Origin: an uncultured Chroococcidiopsis sp.
GTDB lineage: Bacteria > Cyanobacteriota > Cyanobacteriia > Cyanobacteriales > Chroococcidiopsidaceae
Assembly: GCA_964248365.1 (NCBI GenBank)
Contig: CAXTYC010000011.1
Span: forward strand, 32,001 to 96,000
Direction of reading: 5' to 3'
Length of the DNA stretch: 64,000 bases
Numbering within the stretch: position 1 is the first letter of the stretch; each line of letters opens with the position of its first letter. Of the stretch, positions 19,706-30,161 are shown in pieces. A program made the translations under genes and the position numbers. Under the pieces are notes generated by a model. It ran no database searches. It was not told the DNA's origin and saw nothing but the letters and a program-made list of their open reading frames with translations.

Positions 19706-19774
19706 TAACTAATTTTTTAGTTAGTATATAACTGCTAAATTTTCTTTGTCAACTACTAACCAATTTTTTAGTTA
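19706..19774. promoter_or_regulatory. Two palindromic operators TAAC(T/C)AA-TTTT-TTAGTTA, probable TetR sites
   Basis: Copies at 19706-19723 and 19757-19774 in the divergent Rieske/TetR intergenic region. Confidence 0.7.
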
Positions 19775-19803
19775 AAATATGTTCGTCAATAGAATGGAGA
19801 ACC

Positions 19804-20460
19804 GTGAGTCGTTCAACGCAGTCAAAGCCTTCATCTAACAAGCCTCGGCAAGTACGCTCCAGCGAGGCGACGCAAAAGCAGATTCTGGATGCAGCGATGG
19901 CGGAATTTGCCAAGCATGGTTTGAGTGGGGCGAGGACAGAAGCGATCGCCAAAGGTGCTAGTGTAACAACGGCGATGATTTACTACTACTTCGAGAGTAA
20001 GGAAGGATTATATCAAGCAGTTTTGCAAAGACTTGCTTGTGATATCAATGACTGGATACCGCAGCTTGATTTAGATTCGTTACCCCCAGACTCAGCCTTA
20101 AAACAGCTAATGCAAGGATACATTGCCTATGAAGCTACGAATCCTTACTTTGGTAAGATTTTGTGGCAAGAAGCGCTCCAAAATCAAGGCAAGTATTACA
20201 AACAGACAAACTGGCAAGAAGGTTTCAAGTACCCAATTAGTGTTCTAGAACGTGGCGTGGCAGAAGGTTACTTTCGTCAACTTGACCCGTTTATGACTGC
20301 GATTCATATATGTGGGGTCTGCTCATTTTACTTTGATGCCTACGAAAACCTCAAATACCTAGTCCCAGATTTAGATTTACTCAGCCCAGAAATGATAGAA
20401 AAGCACACCCAGGAAGCGATTAATCTAATTTTAGCAGGTGTACGAGTTCAAAACAAGTAG
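19804..20460 (+). CDS. TetR/AcrR family transcriptional regulator
   Basis: ILDAAMAEFAKHGLSGARTEAIAKGASVTTAMIYYYFESKEGLY helix-turn-helix. Confidence 0.93.
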   Translation: MSRSTQSKPSSNKPRQVRSSEATQKQILDAAMAEFAKHGLSGARTEAIAKGASVTTAMIYYYFESKEGLYQAVLQRLACDINDWIPQLDLDSLPPDSALKQLMQGYIAYEATNPYFGKILWQEALQNQGKYYKQTNWQEGFKYPISVLERGVAEGYFRQLDPFMTAIHICGVCSFYFDAYENLKYLVPDLDLLSPEMIEKHTQEAINLILAGVRVQNK

Positions 20461-20580
20461 AATAAATAACACCCCGTGCAGAATTCCTAAAAACTCTCTC
20501 TTTCCTCCGCGTTCTTTGCGTCCTCTGCGGTTCGTTTAAAGTTAAAAAAGTAGGGTGGGCAATGCCCACCGTACAAAATC

Positions 20581-23364
20581 TTAACCCACAAGCATTGCTA
20601 CAGGAAAGTATTTCAGCGCTTCACCGATTTGCACAGTACCATCAGCTTGAATCATTTGCTCAGTGATTGCATCATGCCAAGTTGAGGAAGCTTGTGAAGG
20701 TAAATGAAGGCAAGTATCATGCCATTGTTTTCCTAGCGGGTACTCTTCAGGCTGAATCAAACGGGTGAGAAAACGGGGAACAATGGTAATAATCGTCGTA
20801 TTACCGTCGCTTCTAGCAAAGGCAACAATATGATCTTTAAACTTACCGCTCACCTCCAAAGGTAGGTAATTTCCTTTCTGGAAAACTGCCAAATTCTGTT
20901 TTCGGGCAAGCAGCGCTTTGTAAGTTAGAAATAACTTAATTCTACCATCTTCCGAACTTGAAAACAACTCATCAATCAGCTTTAAAATATCTGTTTGTGC
21001 TTTTTCTTTAATGTCCTTTAAAAACGAAATCAAACGCGAGTAATCAACCGGACGACGGTTATCAGGATCTACCATACTCAAATTCCATAATTCGGTTCCT
21101 TGATAGGTATCAGGTACACCTGGAGAGGTAATTTTCAGCAAAGTCTGTGCTAGAGAATTATAAATACCATAGCTAGCTACTCGCTTTTGAAAAGGTAGAA
21201 ACTTTTGCATGAAAGAATTTGATTTACTTGGCTCTAAAACCTTCTCTACAAAGTTAAGAAATCCCTCTTCATAAGCAGTATCGGGGCGTAACCAAGCTGT
21301 TTGAACTTTAGCTTCTCTTACTGCCTTGAGCATATAATCTTTAATCCTTTTAACAAATTCAACATTCTCACTTTCATTAAAAGGATAAGTACCAACCAAG
21401 GTTTGATAAAAGAAGTATTCATCATTTGCAGCAGGAACCGCTTTTCCTCTAACGTTGCTTTTGTGAGAGCGATTTATTTCACTCCAAGTTTTTACTTGGA
21501 GTTCCCATTCTTTCGGTATTTCTGAAAGCACATTTAATCTTGCTCTGACATCCTCACCTCTTTTGGTATCATGAGTTGCCGTAGCATTCATTTTATGAGT
21601 CCAAGTGATATTTTGTTTTTGATTGAATTCGTGAAAGTCGGCAATTGTAATGCCAAATTTTTCAGGATTACCGCCTACTTCGTTCAAGGATAATAGTCGG
21701 TTATACACATAAAATAATGTGTCTTCAATTCCTTTTGCCATTAAAGGTCCAGTTAGCTGCTGCAACCTCATTACGAAATGAAGCCGTTGAAATTCTTCTG
21801 GGGTGAGTGGCTTTTCAAATTCACGCAAAAGCAAGTTTTCAATAAAGTTAACTTCATTCAAAAGCAGCCCAATTCGATTTCTTGCTTCTTCGATAACTTG
21901 CTTAATGTAGGAGCGATCCTCTTCCCTAAATCCATCTCCATTTACGTAGGTGCGATAAACTGGAAAAAGGGCAAGCACTTCTGCAAGAGTTCTTTTTAAA
22001 CCATTTAAGGTAAAATCGCTAGAGCGCCTAGATTGTCCCGCTATTCTTTTGAGAATTTGAGCTAGGTTGTCTACATCTCCCGCCAAATTCTTATCAACTA
22101 TAATTTGTTTTTTTTCAATAAACAACTGCTCATAAGACCTATTAGAGCCAGTAAATTTAACATAAATATCGTTAAAATGTTTTTCATTCTCACAGCAACA
22201 AAAAATACTATTGACGCGGTTTAAAAAATCATAACCACTTGTTCCTTGAATATTCCAAATCTCAGGTAAGTTCTCTTTAAACTCCAAAATCTTTTCAACA
22301 GTTATATAAACATCTCCGGTGATTTCCCTAAGTCGCTTCAGATATTCCGTAGGATCGTAAAGTCCATCAATATGGTCTATTCTTAATCCGGTTATTGTTC
22401 CTTTTTCAACTAAATGGCTTATCAAGGCGTGAGTTTTGTAGAGAACTTTTAGTTCTTGTACTCTTAAAGAAATTAGTTCATTAACATTAAAAAATCTTCT
22501 ATAATTTATTTGTTCTGCACCTACTTTCCAAAAAGATAGACGGTAAAACTGTTCGTTTAGCAAACTATCCAAATTATTGAAAGTATCGGATTTTTCCGGT
22601 TCTCCATTAAAAAATTCTACATTTTTCTCAATAAATTTTTTGATTTTAGGATTTTGTGTATATAGCTCCCACAAAATTCCTTTAACAAAAGCTATTTGGT
22701 CATATCGTTCTTGACCTTTGGTTTCGCTAGGGACGCTTTTTATTACGTAAAGCATACCCAGTAACTTGACAAAATCTGGATGTTGCCTGCCCAATGTTCT
22801 TGCTAAATATGCTAAATTATGATTAAGAAACTGAGCATAAGATTCTATGCGAACAGGTAATTTTAAACTATAGTAATTGACGCTTAAACCACTCTCATCA
22901 TACTTAAGCTGAATTTCCCCATTTTCTAAACATTCTCCGTAAAAATTCCCTAGCATCGGGGTAAGTACTCGCCCGCGAATATCTTCGTTAGGATGATCCC
23001 ATTCAATATCGAAATAGTCCGAACGTTCAGAATCAGAACCGTTTTCTAGAACGTCCATTAGCCACTGGTTTTCACTATCATAAGCCATGTGGTTAGGAAC
23101 AATATCTTGCACCCATCCCATGTCATGCTGCTTAATTTCATCTGTCAGTGCTTCAAAATCTTCTAATGTCCCCAGTTCGGGATTTAGTAATGTCGGGTCA
23201 ACTACATCATAACCGTGTGTGCTTCCTTTTCTAGCTTTAAAAATTGGTGAAGCGTAGATGTCTGAAATTCCTAATTCTGCTAGGTAAGCAATTATATTTT
23301 TTGCTGCTGGGAAATTAAACTGTGAATTAAATTGAATTCGGTAAGTAGCTGTGGGAATTCGCAT
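20581..23364 (-). CDS. treY: Malto-oligosyltrehalose synthase
   Basis: PTATYRIQF, GSTHGYDV, DIVPNHM, LRIDHIDGL, ATHDTKRGED, SMVDPDNRRPVDY. Confidence 0.96.
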   Translation of the reverse strand: MRIPTATYRIQFNSQFNFPAAKNIIAYLAELGISDIYASPIFKARKGSTHGYDVVDPTLLNPELGTLEDFEALTDEIKQHDMGWVQDIVPNHMAYDSENQWLMDVLENGSDSERSDYFDIEWDHPNEDIRGRVLTPMLGNFYGECLENGEIQLKYDESGLSVNYYSLKLPVRIESYAQFLNHNLAYLARTLGRQHPDFVKLLGMLYVIKSVPSETKGQERYDQIAFVKGILWELYTQNPKIKKFIEKNVEFFNGEPEKSDTFNNLDSLLNEQFYRLSFWKVGAEQINYRRFFNVNELISLRVQELKVLYKTHALISHLVEKGTITGLRIDHIDGLYDPTEYLKRLREITGDVYITVEKILEFKENLPEIWNIQGTSGYDFLNRVNSIFCCCENEKHFNDIYVKFTGSNRSYEQLFIEKKQIIVDKNLAGDVDNLAQILKRIAGQSRRSSDFTLNGLKRTLAEVLALFPVYRTYVNGDGFREEDRSYIKQVIEEARNRIGLLLNEVNFIENLLLREFEKPLTPEEFQRLHFVMRLQQLTGPLMAKGIEDTLFYVYNRLLSLNEVGGNPEKFGITIADFHEFNQKQNITWTHKMNATATHDTKRGEDVRARLNVLSEIPKEWELQVKTWSEINRSHKSNVRGKAVPAANDEYFFYQTLVGTYPFNESENVEFVKRIKDYMLKAVREAKVQTAWLRPDTAYEEGFLNFVEKVLEPSKSNSFMQKFLPFQKRVASYGIYNSLAQTLLKITSPGVPDTYQGTELWNLSMVDPDNRRPVDYSRLISFLKDIKEKAQTDILKLIDELFSSSEDGRIKLFLTYKALLARKQNLAVFQKGNYLPLEVSGKFKDHIVAFARSDGNTTIITIVPRFLTRLIQPEEYPLGKQWHDTCLHLPSQASSTWHDAITEQMIQADGTVQIGEALKYFPVAMLVG

Positions 23365-23437
23365 ATATTTGGATTTTTAAGCTAGGTTTAAGGAAAGGGC
23401 TAATGGATAATTGAAAAACTAACCACCAATTACCAAT

Positions 23438-23544
23438 TAAGTAGGTCGTCTGAAATAAACAGCGAACCGTGTGTTGGCGGATCTGATCGGCAGCAAGGGT
23501 TATCTATGTTGACGGTTCGCTGTTTATTTATGACTTTGTACTTA
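23438..23544. mobile_element. MITE-like palindromic element with TAAGTAGG-type ends
   Basis: Perfect 18-bp inverted repeat AAATAAACAGCGAACCGT (23453-23470 / 23512-23529) inside imperfect termini TAAGTA...TACTTA. Confidence 0.6.
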
Positions 23545-23583
23545 CCAAAATTTCTTAAATGTATATAACAGTTAATTTTTAGA

Positions 23584-25407
23584 TTAGAATTGAGATGTTT
23601 CATATAGGGCGAAAGTTTGCGATCGCACTGTTAAATCTTTCCCTTTGGACAGGTTTTCTGGTAAAATTGAACCAGAGCCTAACCACTTTTTATCGGCAGA
23701 ATCTAAAATTTTTCGACTGTTATCACCTGAAAATGTCGAGCCGAAAGTAATATCACAGGAATTGAAATTCATCAGGCAAACTATTTGGTTATTTTCATTC
23801 CATCTGCGCCACTCCAAAATTTTTTTATTTTCGCTGGCGACAACTTCTAAATTTTTGTTACCTGGGTTGAATAAAGCTGGGATTGTGTTACGAAGTTGAA
23901 TTAGGTGTTGATAAAATGACCAGAGAATTTTGTGTTTTCCTTCTTTGCGTTTTTCCCAATTCAATTTGCACTTGATAAATGTTTCAGCTGCTTCTGGATC
24001 GAGTGGTTCTCCTTGCGAGTGAAAGGCAGCAAATTCTTTTTTTCGTCCTTCCCTAACTGCTTTAATTAGATTCTGATCGCCGTGACTGATAAAGTAGGTA
24101 AAAGGTGCTAATTCACCATATTCTTCACCCATAAACAACAAGGGAATATAAGGTGAAAGTATGACTGCACCTGCTGCCAATTTTAGAGCCTCAAATGATA
24201 CGAGTTGGGTTAACCGTTCTCCTAGCATTCGGTTGCCGATTTGATCGTGATTTTGAATGCAAACGACGAATTGAGATGGAGAACAATCAGAGGCAGAATT
24301 GCCATGAAATCGTTGGCGATGGGTTGAATATCGCCAGTCATATACAAAGCTTTCTCGGTAAGCTTTTGCCAGATGTTCGCACTTGCCAAAATCTTGGTAG
24401 TAGCCAATGCGATCGCCAGTCAATAACGTATATAGTGAGTGATGAAAATCATCGCTCCACTGGGCATCAATTCCATATCCCCCTAACTCGGATGGACGAA
24501 TGATTTTAGCATCATTTAAATCACTTTCGGCAATCAGATAAAATTTTCTACCCTGTTGTTCAGAAAGAGCAGCAACATTTTCAGCTAGTTCTGCTAAAAA
24601 GTGTTTAGCGCCTAAATCGTAGATGGCATGAATAGCATCTAGACGTAGCCCATCGATATGATACTCTCGTAGCCAGTAAAGCGCATTTTGAATGAAAAAG
24701 TTACGCACATAGGGGCTGTGGGCATCGTCAAAGTTAACGGCACTACCCCAAGGAGTACGATAAGTTTGGGTAAAATATGGTGCAAAGCGACTGGTGTAAT
24801 TTCCCTCTGGTCCAAAGTGGTTATAAACTACATCCAGAATTACGGCAATTGAGTGCTGGTGACAAGCATCCACGAGTCGCTTCAAACCGTCACAACCGCC
24901 ATAGGAGTTTTGCACAGCAAACGGATAAACACCATCATAGCCCCAGTTGCGGTCGCCTGGAAATTGAGCCACTGGCATCAATTCAATTGCATTGACTCCC
25001 AGTTCCCGTAAATCTTTTAGGCGAGGAATAATTGCCTCAAAGGTTCCTTCTGGTGTGAAAGTCCCTACGTGTAACTCATAAATGATCATTGCCTCCAAAG
25101 GCACACCCGACCAATTACTGTCATTCCAGGCAAAGCTATGGTCGATTACCTGGGACGCTTCGTGTACACCCTGCGGCTGGAAGTTCGAGGCAGGATCAGG
25201 TCTAGCTTCATTGCCATTTAATTGGTAGAAGTATAGCGTACCTGGATAAATGTCGGTTGCGGTTACTTGCCAATAGCCCTCTAACTGCTGCATAGGTAGC
25301 AAACGTGACTGGGGCGAAACGATTTGTACTGCTACGGCTTCTGCGTTGGCAGCCCAAACAGTAAATTTGCAATTACCATCACCTAAATAATCAGCGCCTA
25401 TTCTCAT
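23584..25407 (-). CDS. treZ: Malto-oligosyltrehalose trehalohydrolase
   Basis: IYELHVGTF, NWGYDG, DVVYNHFGPEGNY, LRLDAIH, QNHDQIGNR; true start MRIGADY (ORF-track extension is repeat-derived). Confidence 0.95.
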   Translation of the reverse strand: MRIGADYLGDGNCKFTVWAANAEAVAVQIVSPQSRLLPMQQLEGYWQVTATDIYPGTLYFYQLNGNEARPDPASNFQPQGVHEASQVIDHSFAWNDSNWSGVPLEAMIIYELHVGTFTPEGTFEAIIPRLKDLRELGVNAIELMPVAQFPGDRNWGYDGVYPFAVQNSYGGCDGLKRLVDACHQHSIAVILDVVYNHFGPEGNYTSRFAPYFTQTYRTPWGSAVNFDDAHSPYVRNFFIQNALYWLREYHIDGLRLDAIHAIYDLGAKHFLAELAENVAALSEQQGRKFYLIAESDLNDAKIIRPSELGGYGIDAQWSDDFHHSLYTLLTGDRIGYYQDFGKCEHLAKAYRESFVYDWRYSTHRQRFHGNSASDCSPSQFVVCIQNHDQIGNRMLGERLTQLVSFEALKLAAGAVILSPYIPLLFMGEEYGELAPFTYFISHGDQNLIKAVREGRKKEFAAFHSQGEPLDPEAAETFIKCKLNWEKRKEGKHKILWSFYQHLIQLRNTIPALFNPGNKNLEVVASENKKILEWRRWNENNQIVCLMNFNSCDITFGSTFSGDNSRKILDSADKKWLGSGSILPENLSKGKDLTVRSQTFALYETSQF

Positions 25408-25427
25408 ATTAAGTTCTGAGTGAGGGG

Positions 25428-25552
<125 letters not shown>

Positions 25553-25566
25553 TCACAATTCACACT

Positions 25567-27735
25567 TCATCCTTTCTTTGTCCTCGGCTTGCGCTGCTTC
25601 TTTTGCTTAACTATACGACGTAGTATCACTAGCGATCGCCCTGTCACTGGTACTGTTTTATTACCTGTGAATAAAATCTCTTCGGTAATAAAGCAAGGTT
25701 CTTTGGTGTTAATTACAGCAGCCCATGTTTGATCGTTCAACTGTGCTGGTAAGGTAAACTCAATCAAGTCCCAATGGGCGTTAAAGAAGATCAGAAAACT
25801 ATCATCCCTTACCCGTTCGCCTTGGGGACTAGGATCGGGAATTTCATCGCCATTCAAGAAAACTCCAATCGCCTTAGCATAACCAACTTGCCACTGCTGG
25901 TCAGTCATTTGTGCGCCGTCGGGATTGAACCAAGCGATATCACTTACGCCCGAACCGTGAATTGCTTGACCTTGAAACCACTTGCGCCGCCGGAATACTG
26001 GATGCTTGTGGCGAAAGTCGATCAACTCGCGGGTAAAGTTTAATAGATCAGCATTGTCGTTTTGCAAGTCCCAATCTAACCAAGAAATTTCATTATCTTG
26101 GCAGTAGGCGTTATTGTTGCCTTTCTGAGTCCGCCCCATTTCATCGCCCATTACCAACATTGGGATACCTTGGGACAACATCAAGGTTGTCAAGAAGTTT
26201 CGCCGCTGCTGTTCTCGTAGCTGTCGTACTTGTGGGTTATCGGTTTCACCTTCAGCGCCACAATTCCACGATCTATTGTGACTTTCACCGTCTCGGTTAT
26301 CTTCGTGGTTGGCAAAATTGTGTTTCTCGTTGTAGCTAACTAAATCGTTGAGGGTAAAGCCGTCGTGGGCGGTGATAAAGTTGATACTTGCATGAGGTTG
26401 CCGCCCATTTACCTGATAATATAAGTCAGGGCTACCTGTGAAACGGTAAGCAAATTCGCCCAATTTACCATCCATCCCGCGCCAGAAATCGCGCATTTCA
26501 TCCCGATATCTACCATTCCACTCTGACCAGAGAACTGGGAAGTTACCAACTTGATAACCGCCATCTCCCAAATCCCAAGGTTCGGCAATTAATTTCACAT
26601 CTGCAAGTATGGGATCTTGGTGAATGATATCAAAGAAAGCTGCTAGATTATCTACGGCATAGAGTTCTCGCGCCAAAGCTGAGGCTAGATCGAAGCGGAA
26701 ACCATCAACGTGCATTTCTGTTACCCAATAGCGCAGGCTATCCATGATTAACTTCAGAACTTGGGAATGGCGCACGTTGAGAGAATTACCGCAGCCTGTA
26801 AAATCGAAATAGTAACGGCATTCGTCTTCTACTAGACGATAGTAAGAGGCATTATCGATGCCGCGCAAAGACAAGGTTGGACCTAGATGATTGCCTTCTC
26901 CTGTGTGGTTGTAGACAACATCTAGAATTACCTCAATTCCGGCTTGATGCAAAGCCTTGACCATCTGCTTGAATTCTTTGACTTCCCCCCCTGGAGTTTT
27001 ATTTGCACTATAGCCTTTGTGGGGGGCAAAGTAATTGATCGAATCGTAGCCCCAGTAGTTGCTTAATCCTTTGTCTTCGAGATACCCTGGATCAGAGAAG
27101 AATTGATGAATGGGCATTAGCTCAACTGCTGTAACGCCAAGGGATTTGAGATGTGCGATCGCGGCGGGATGAGCCATTCCTGCATAAGTACCGCGCAGTT
27201 GGGGGGGAATATCTGGGTGTAGCTGGGTAAAGCCCTTGACATGAGTTTCATATATAACGGTTTCGTGCCAAGGTGTGCGTAGCAGTTGGTCATCACCCCA
27301 GTCAAAGGACTGATCGACAACAACACACTTCGGCATCTGACGGGCGCTATCTAATTCGGAAAAGGATAAATCTTTTTCAGGAGAGTCCCAACGATAGCCA
27401 AAGATTTCTGGACCATTGACAATTTCGCCTGCGATCGCTTTAGCATAGGGGTCAATTAAAAGTTTATTGGGATTGAAGCGATGCCCTTCACCTGGCGACC
27501 AAGCGCCATGCACTCTATACCCGTACCTTTGTCCTGGTTTCACTCCTGGGACATAACCATGCCAGATAAAGTTGTTAACCTCGGTTAGAGGTAGGCGAAT
27601 TTCTTTATCGTCTTTATCAAATAAACACAACTCGACACTCGTTGCGTGTTCAGAGAATAAAGAGAAGTTTGTGCCTTTACCATCCCAGGTTGCACCTAAA
27701 GGATATACTTTACCTGGCCAGAGTGCTACTTTCAT
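25567..27735 (-). CDS. glgX: Glycogen debranching enzyme (GlgX/TreX)
   Basis: YPLGATWDGKGTNFS, NYWGY, DGFRFDLAS, AEPWD, NFITAHDGFTLNDLVSY. Confidence 0.96.
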   Translation of the reverse strand: MKVALWPGKVYPLGATWDGKGTNFSLFSEHATSVELCLFDKDDKEIRLPLTEVNNFIWHGYVPGVKPGQRYGYRVHGAWSPGEGHRFNPNKLLIDPYAKAIAGEIVNGPEIFGYRWDSPEKDLSFSELDSARQMPKCVVVDQSFDWGDDQLLRTPWHETVIYETHVKGFTQLHPDIPPQLRGTYAGMAHPAAIAHLKSLGVTAVELMPIHQFFSDPGYLEDKGLSNYWGYDSINYFAPHKGYSANKTPGGEVKEFKQMVKALHQAGIEVILDVVYNHTGEGNHLGPTLSLRGIDNASYYRLVEDECRYYFDFTGCGNSLNVRHSQVLKLIMDSLRYWVTEMHVDGFRFDLASALARELYAVDNLAAFFDIIHQDPILADVKLIAEPWDLGDGGYQVGNFPVLWSEWNGRYRDEMRDFWRGMDGKLGEFAYRFTGSPDLYYQVNGRQPHASINFITAHDGFTLNDLVSYNEKHNFANHEDNRDGESHNRSWNCGAEGETDNPQVRQLREQQRRNFLTTLMLSQGIPMLVMGDEMGRTQKGNNNAYCQDNEISWLDWDLQNDNADLLNFTRELIDFRHKHPVFRRRKWFQGQAIHGSGVSDIAWFNPDGAQMTDQQWQVGYAKAIGVFLNGDEIPDPSPQGERVRDDSFLIFFNAHWDLIEFTLPAQLNDQTWAAVINTKEPCFITEEILFTGNKTVPVTGRSLVILRRIVKQKKQRKPRTKKG

Positions 27736-28260
27736 AGGTGAAATCTCAATTTAAAATTATTTGGTAAAGAACAATTTGTTAATTATTAACCCAAAAGCAG
27801 GAACTTTCTTGCGGCATGGCAACGATTAAACTATTGCCATACCATTGTTATAATGTTTGGCATTAAACGCCTGCTTCCAGGCTGCAAGGCATATTCCAAT
27901 TTCGTTAATACGTTAAGCTATATCTGTTTTTTACAGATTCAATAGCTTAGTGAACTTTAGTTTAACTTGAGCTTAATATTTGTTATTCCATCCTAAGAAA
28001 GAAGCTTTGGCTATACCTTTAGATGATTTTTGCTCAATCTAATGGTATGCTTGAGTAAGAGAATCTACCTCTTGCACTCGTTTTTTATCTGCACAAGGAG
28101 CTAGCTGTCAAAAAAGCATAGAGAGGGAATATATCGCGTTTCTACTTAGTCAAATTTTTACCACTTAATATCCGATATAAGTGTTATATAATACTCCAAA
28201 ATGTAATATTTGCCTCTTTCTATAGGCAGATGGTTGATAGTCATAATTATTGAATCCTTA

Positions 28261-28314
28261 GATGATGAAACAGCTAGTTTCATCATCTATATAGAGACGC
28301 GCTTAGGCGCGTCT
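28261..28314. terminator. Two hairpins downstream of malQ
   Basis: GATGATGAAAC/GTTTCATCATC and AGACGCGC/GCGCGTCT stems. Confidence 0.45.
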
Positions 28315-28430
28315 TTTTCCTAGCTAGAATGTTATAAAAATACATTCAATTAGCGATTAGCGAGTAACTTTTAGCTGTAACTGGTAGTTGGTAACTGTTA
28401 ACTGGTAACTGGTAACTGGTAACTGGTAAT

Positions 28431-29942
28431 TTATCGGCTGTAAAGTTGAGTAAGATCTAAAAGGCGATCGCGCAATTCTTGAGTCAGAATATCATTACTG
28501 TTGTAGCGCCAGCGCCAGTTACCAGCAACTTTACTCGGATCGTTCATTCTCCCACTATCATCCAAACCTAAAATATCTTGTAGGGGTAGGATAGCTAAAT
28601 TAGCCACACTTGCTAAAGCCATGCGGATCAAAATCCAATTAATTTCCTTAATTTCTTGTGGTGATTGATAACCGAGATATTTAGCAAGTAGCTGCTTTTC
28701 TTCGCTACTTGCTTTCATCCACCACCCCCTTGTTGTATCATTATCATGAGTGCCAGTGTAGACCACACAATTATTTATATAATGGTGTGGTAAATAAGCA
28801 TTATCCGAACCTTCACTAAAGGCAAATAATAAGATTCGCATCCCAGGAAATCCGAAGCGATCGCGCAATTCTTCCACTTCTGGCGTGATAATGCCCAAAT
28901 CCTCTGCCATAATTGGTAGATTACCTAAAGCAGTAGAGAGAGTTTCAAAGAACTCTACCCCTGGTGCTTTGATCCACTCACCATTGATAGCAGTTTCTTC
29001 CCCTGCTGGTACTTGCCAATACGCTTCAAATCCGCGAAAATGATCAACACGAACTATGTCTACATATTCTAGTGTTGCCTGAAAGCGCTTAATCCACCAG
29101 GCAAAGTTAGTTTTCTGCAATTGATCCCAGTTATAAACTGGATTACCCCAAAGTTGTCCAGTTGCACTAAAGTAGTCAGGGGGAACACCCGCTATATATG
29201 CAGGTGCAAATGTTTTTGGATCTAGCTTAAAGATTTCTGGATTTCCCCAAACTTCAGCGCTATTGTGGCAAACATAAATTGAAACATCGCCAATAATTTG
29301 AATATTTTTGCTATTGGTATAAGCACGTAGCTTTTTCCATTGCTCAAAAAACTTAAACTGTAAGAATTTGTGGTATAATATATATTCGTGCAAAGCTTGG
29401 GCGGCAGCTTTCAAGGCAGCAGGTTCACGACGAGCGATCGCGCTTTCCCATTCATTCCAATCCTTGCCCTCATTCGCTTCTAGTAACGCCATAAATAGAA
29501 CATAGTCATCGAGCCAGTAAGATTGCTCTTGACAAAACTGTTCAAAATCAGAGTTTTGTTTGTTTGCCAAAGATTGCCTGAAGCGCTCAAAAGCAAGGAT
29601 GAGAAATTTAGTCTTATGGGGGATGACGAGATCAAAATTAACTCGGTTGGGATCTATGTCTGCATTGAGTGGTGTCAGCTCATCTTTGTTTAATAAGCCT
29701 TCCTCTGCCAAGATATCGAGACTGATAAGTAGAGGATTCCCAGCAAAGGCACTAAAGTTCATGGTATAGGGGGAATGTTCGTAGCCAGTAGGTCCCAAGG
29801 GCAGAACTTGCCACAATTTTTGACCACTGCTGGCTAAAAAATCCACAAACTCATAAGCCGATTTACCTAAATCACCAATTCCAAATCGGCTTGGTAGACA
29901 CGTTGGGTGCAGTAAGATGCCACTTGCCCGTTGAAAAGTCAT
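28431..29942 (-). CDS. malQ: 4-alpha-glucanotransferase (amylomaltase)
   Basis: RASGILLHPTCLP, GVPPDYFSATGQLWGNP, RVDHFRGF, AEDLG, YTGTHDNDT. Confidence 0.96.
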   Translation of the reverse strand: MTFQRASGILLHPTCLPSRFGIGDLGKSAYEFVDFLASSGQKLWQVLPLGPTGYEHSPYTMNFSAFAGNPLLISLDILAEEGLLNKDELTPLNADIDPNRVNFDLVIPHKTKFLILAFERFRQSLANKQNSDFEQFCQEQSYWLDDYVLFMALLEANEGKDWNEWESAIARREPAALKAAAQALHEYILYHKFLQFKFFEQWKKLRAYTNSKNIQIIGDVSIYVCHNSAEVWGNPEIFKLDPKTFAPAYIAGVPPDYFSATGQLWGNPVYNWDQLQKTNFAWWIKRFQATLEYVDIVRVDHFRGFEAYWQVPAGEETAINGEWIKAPGVEFFETLSTALGNLPIMAEDLGIITPEVEELRDRFGFPGMRILLFAFSEGSDNAYLPHHYINNCVVYTGTHDNDTTRGWWMKASSEEKQLLAKYLGYQSPQEIKEINWILIRMALASVANLAILPLQDILGLDDSGRMNDPSKVAGNWRWRYNSNDILTQELRDRLLDLTQLYSR

Positions 29943-30161
29943 ATAGATGCTTGCAAGCTTACCAAAAATCAACAATAACGCTTAACTCCAACGATCTTCA
30001 TGATGCTGTGGATAGAATACCCGTAGGAAGACTTGGGGAAGCGATCGCACTAACCCCAGAAAATTGCAATCCATTTAACTTTCAGCTTATAGGCATTGGC
30101 AAAATTGGGATAGACTCAATAACTTTGTACAGTGGCTTAACCCAATTGGACTGGAAAGAAA

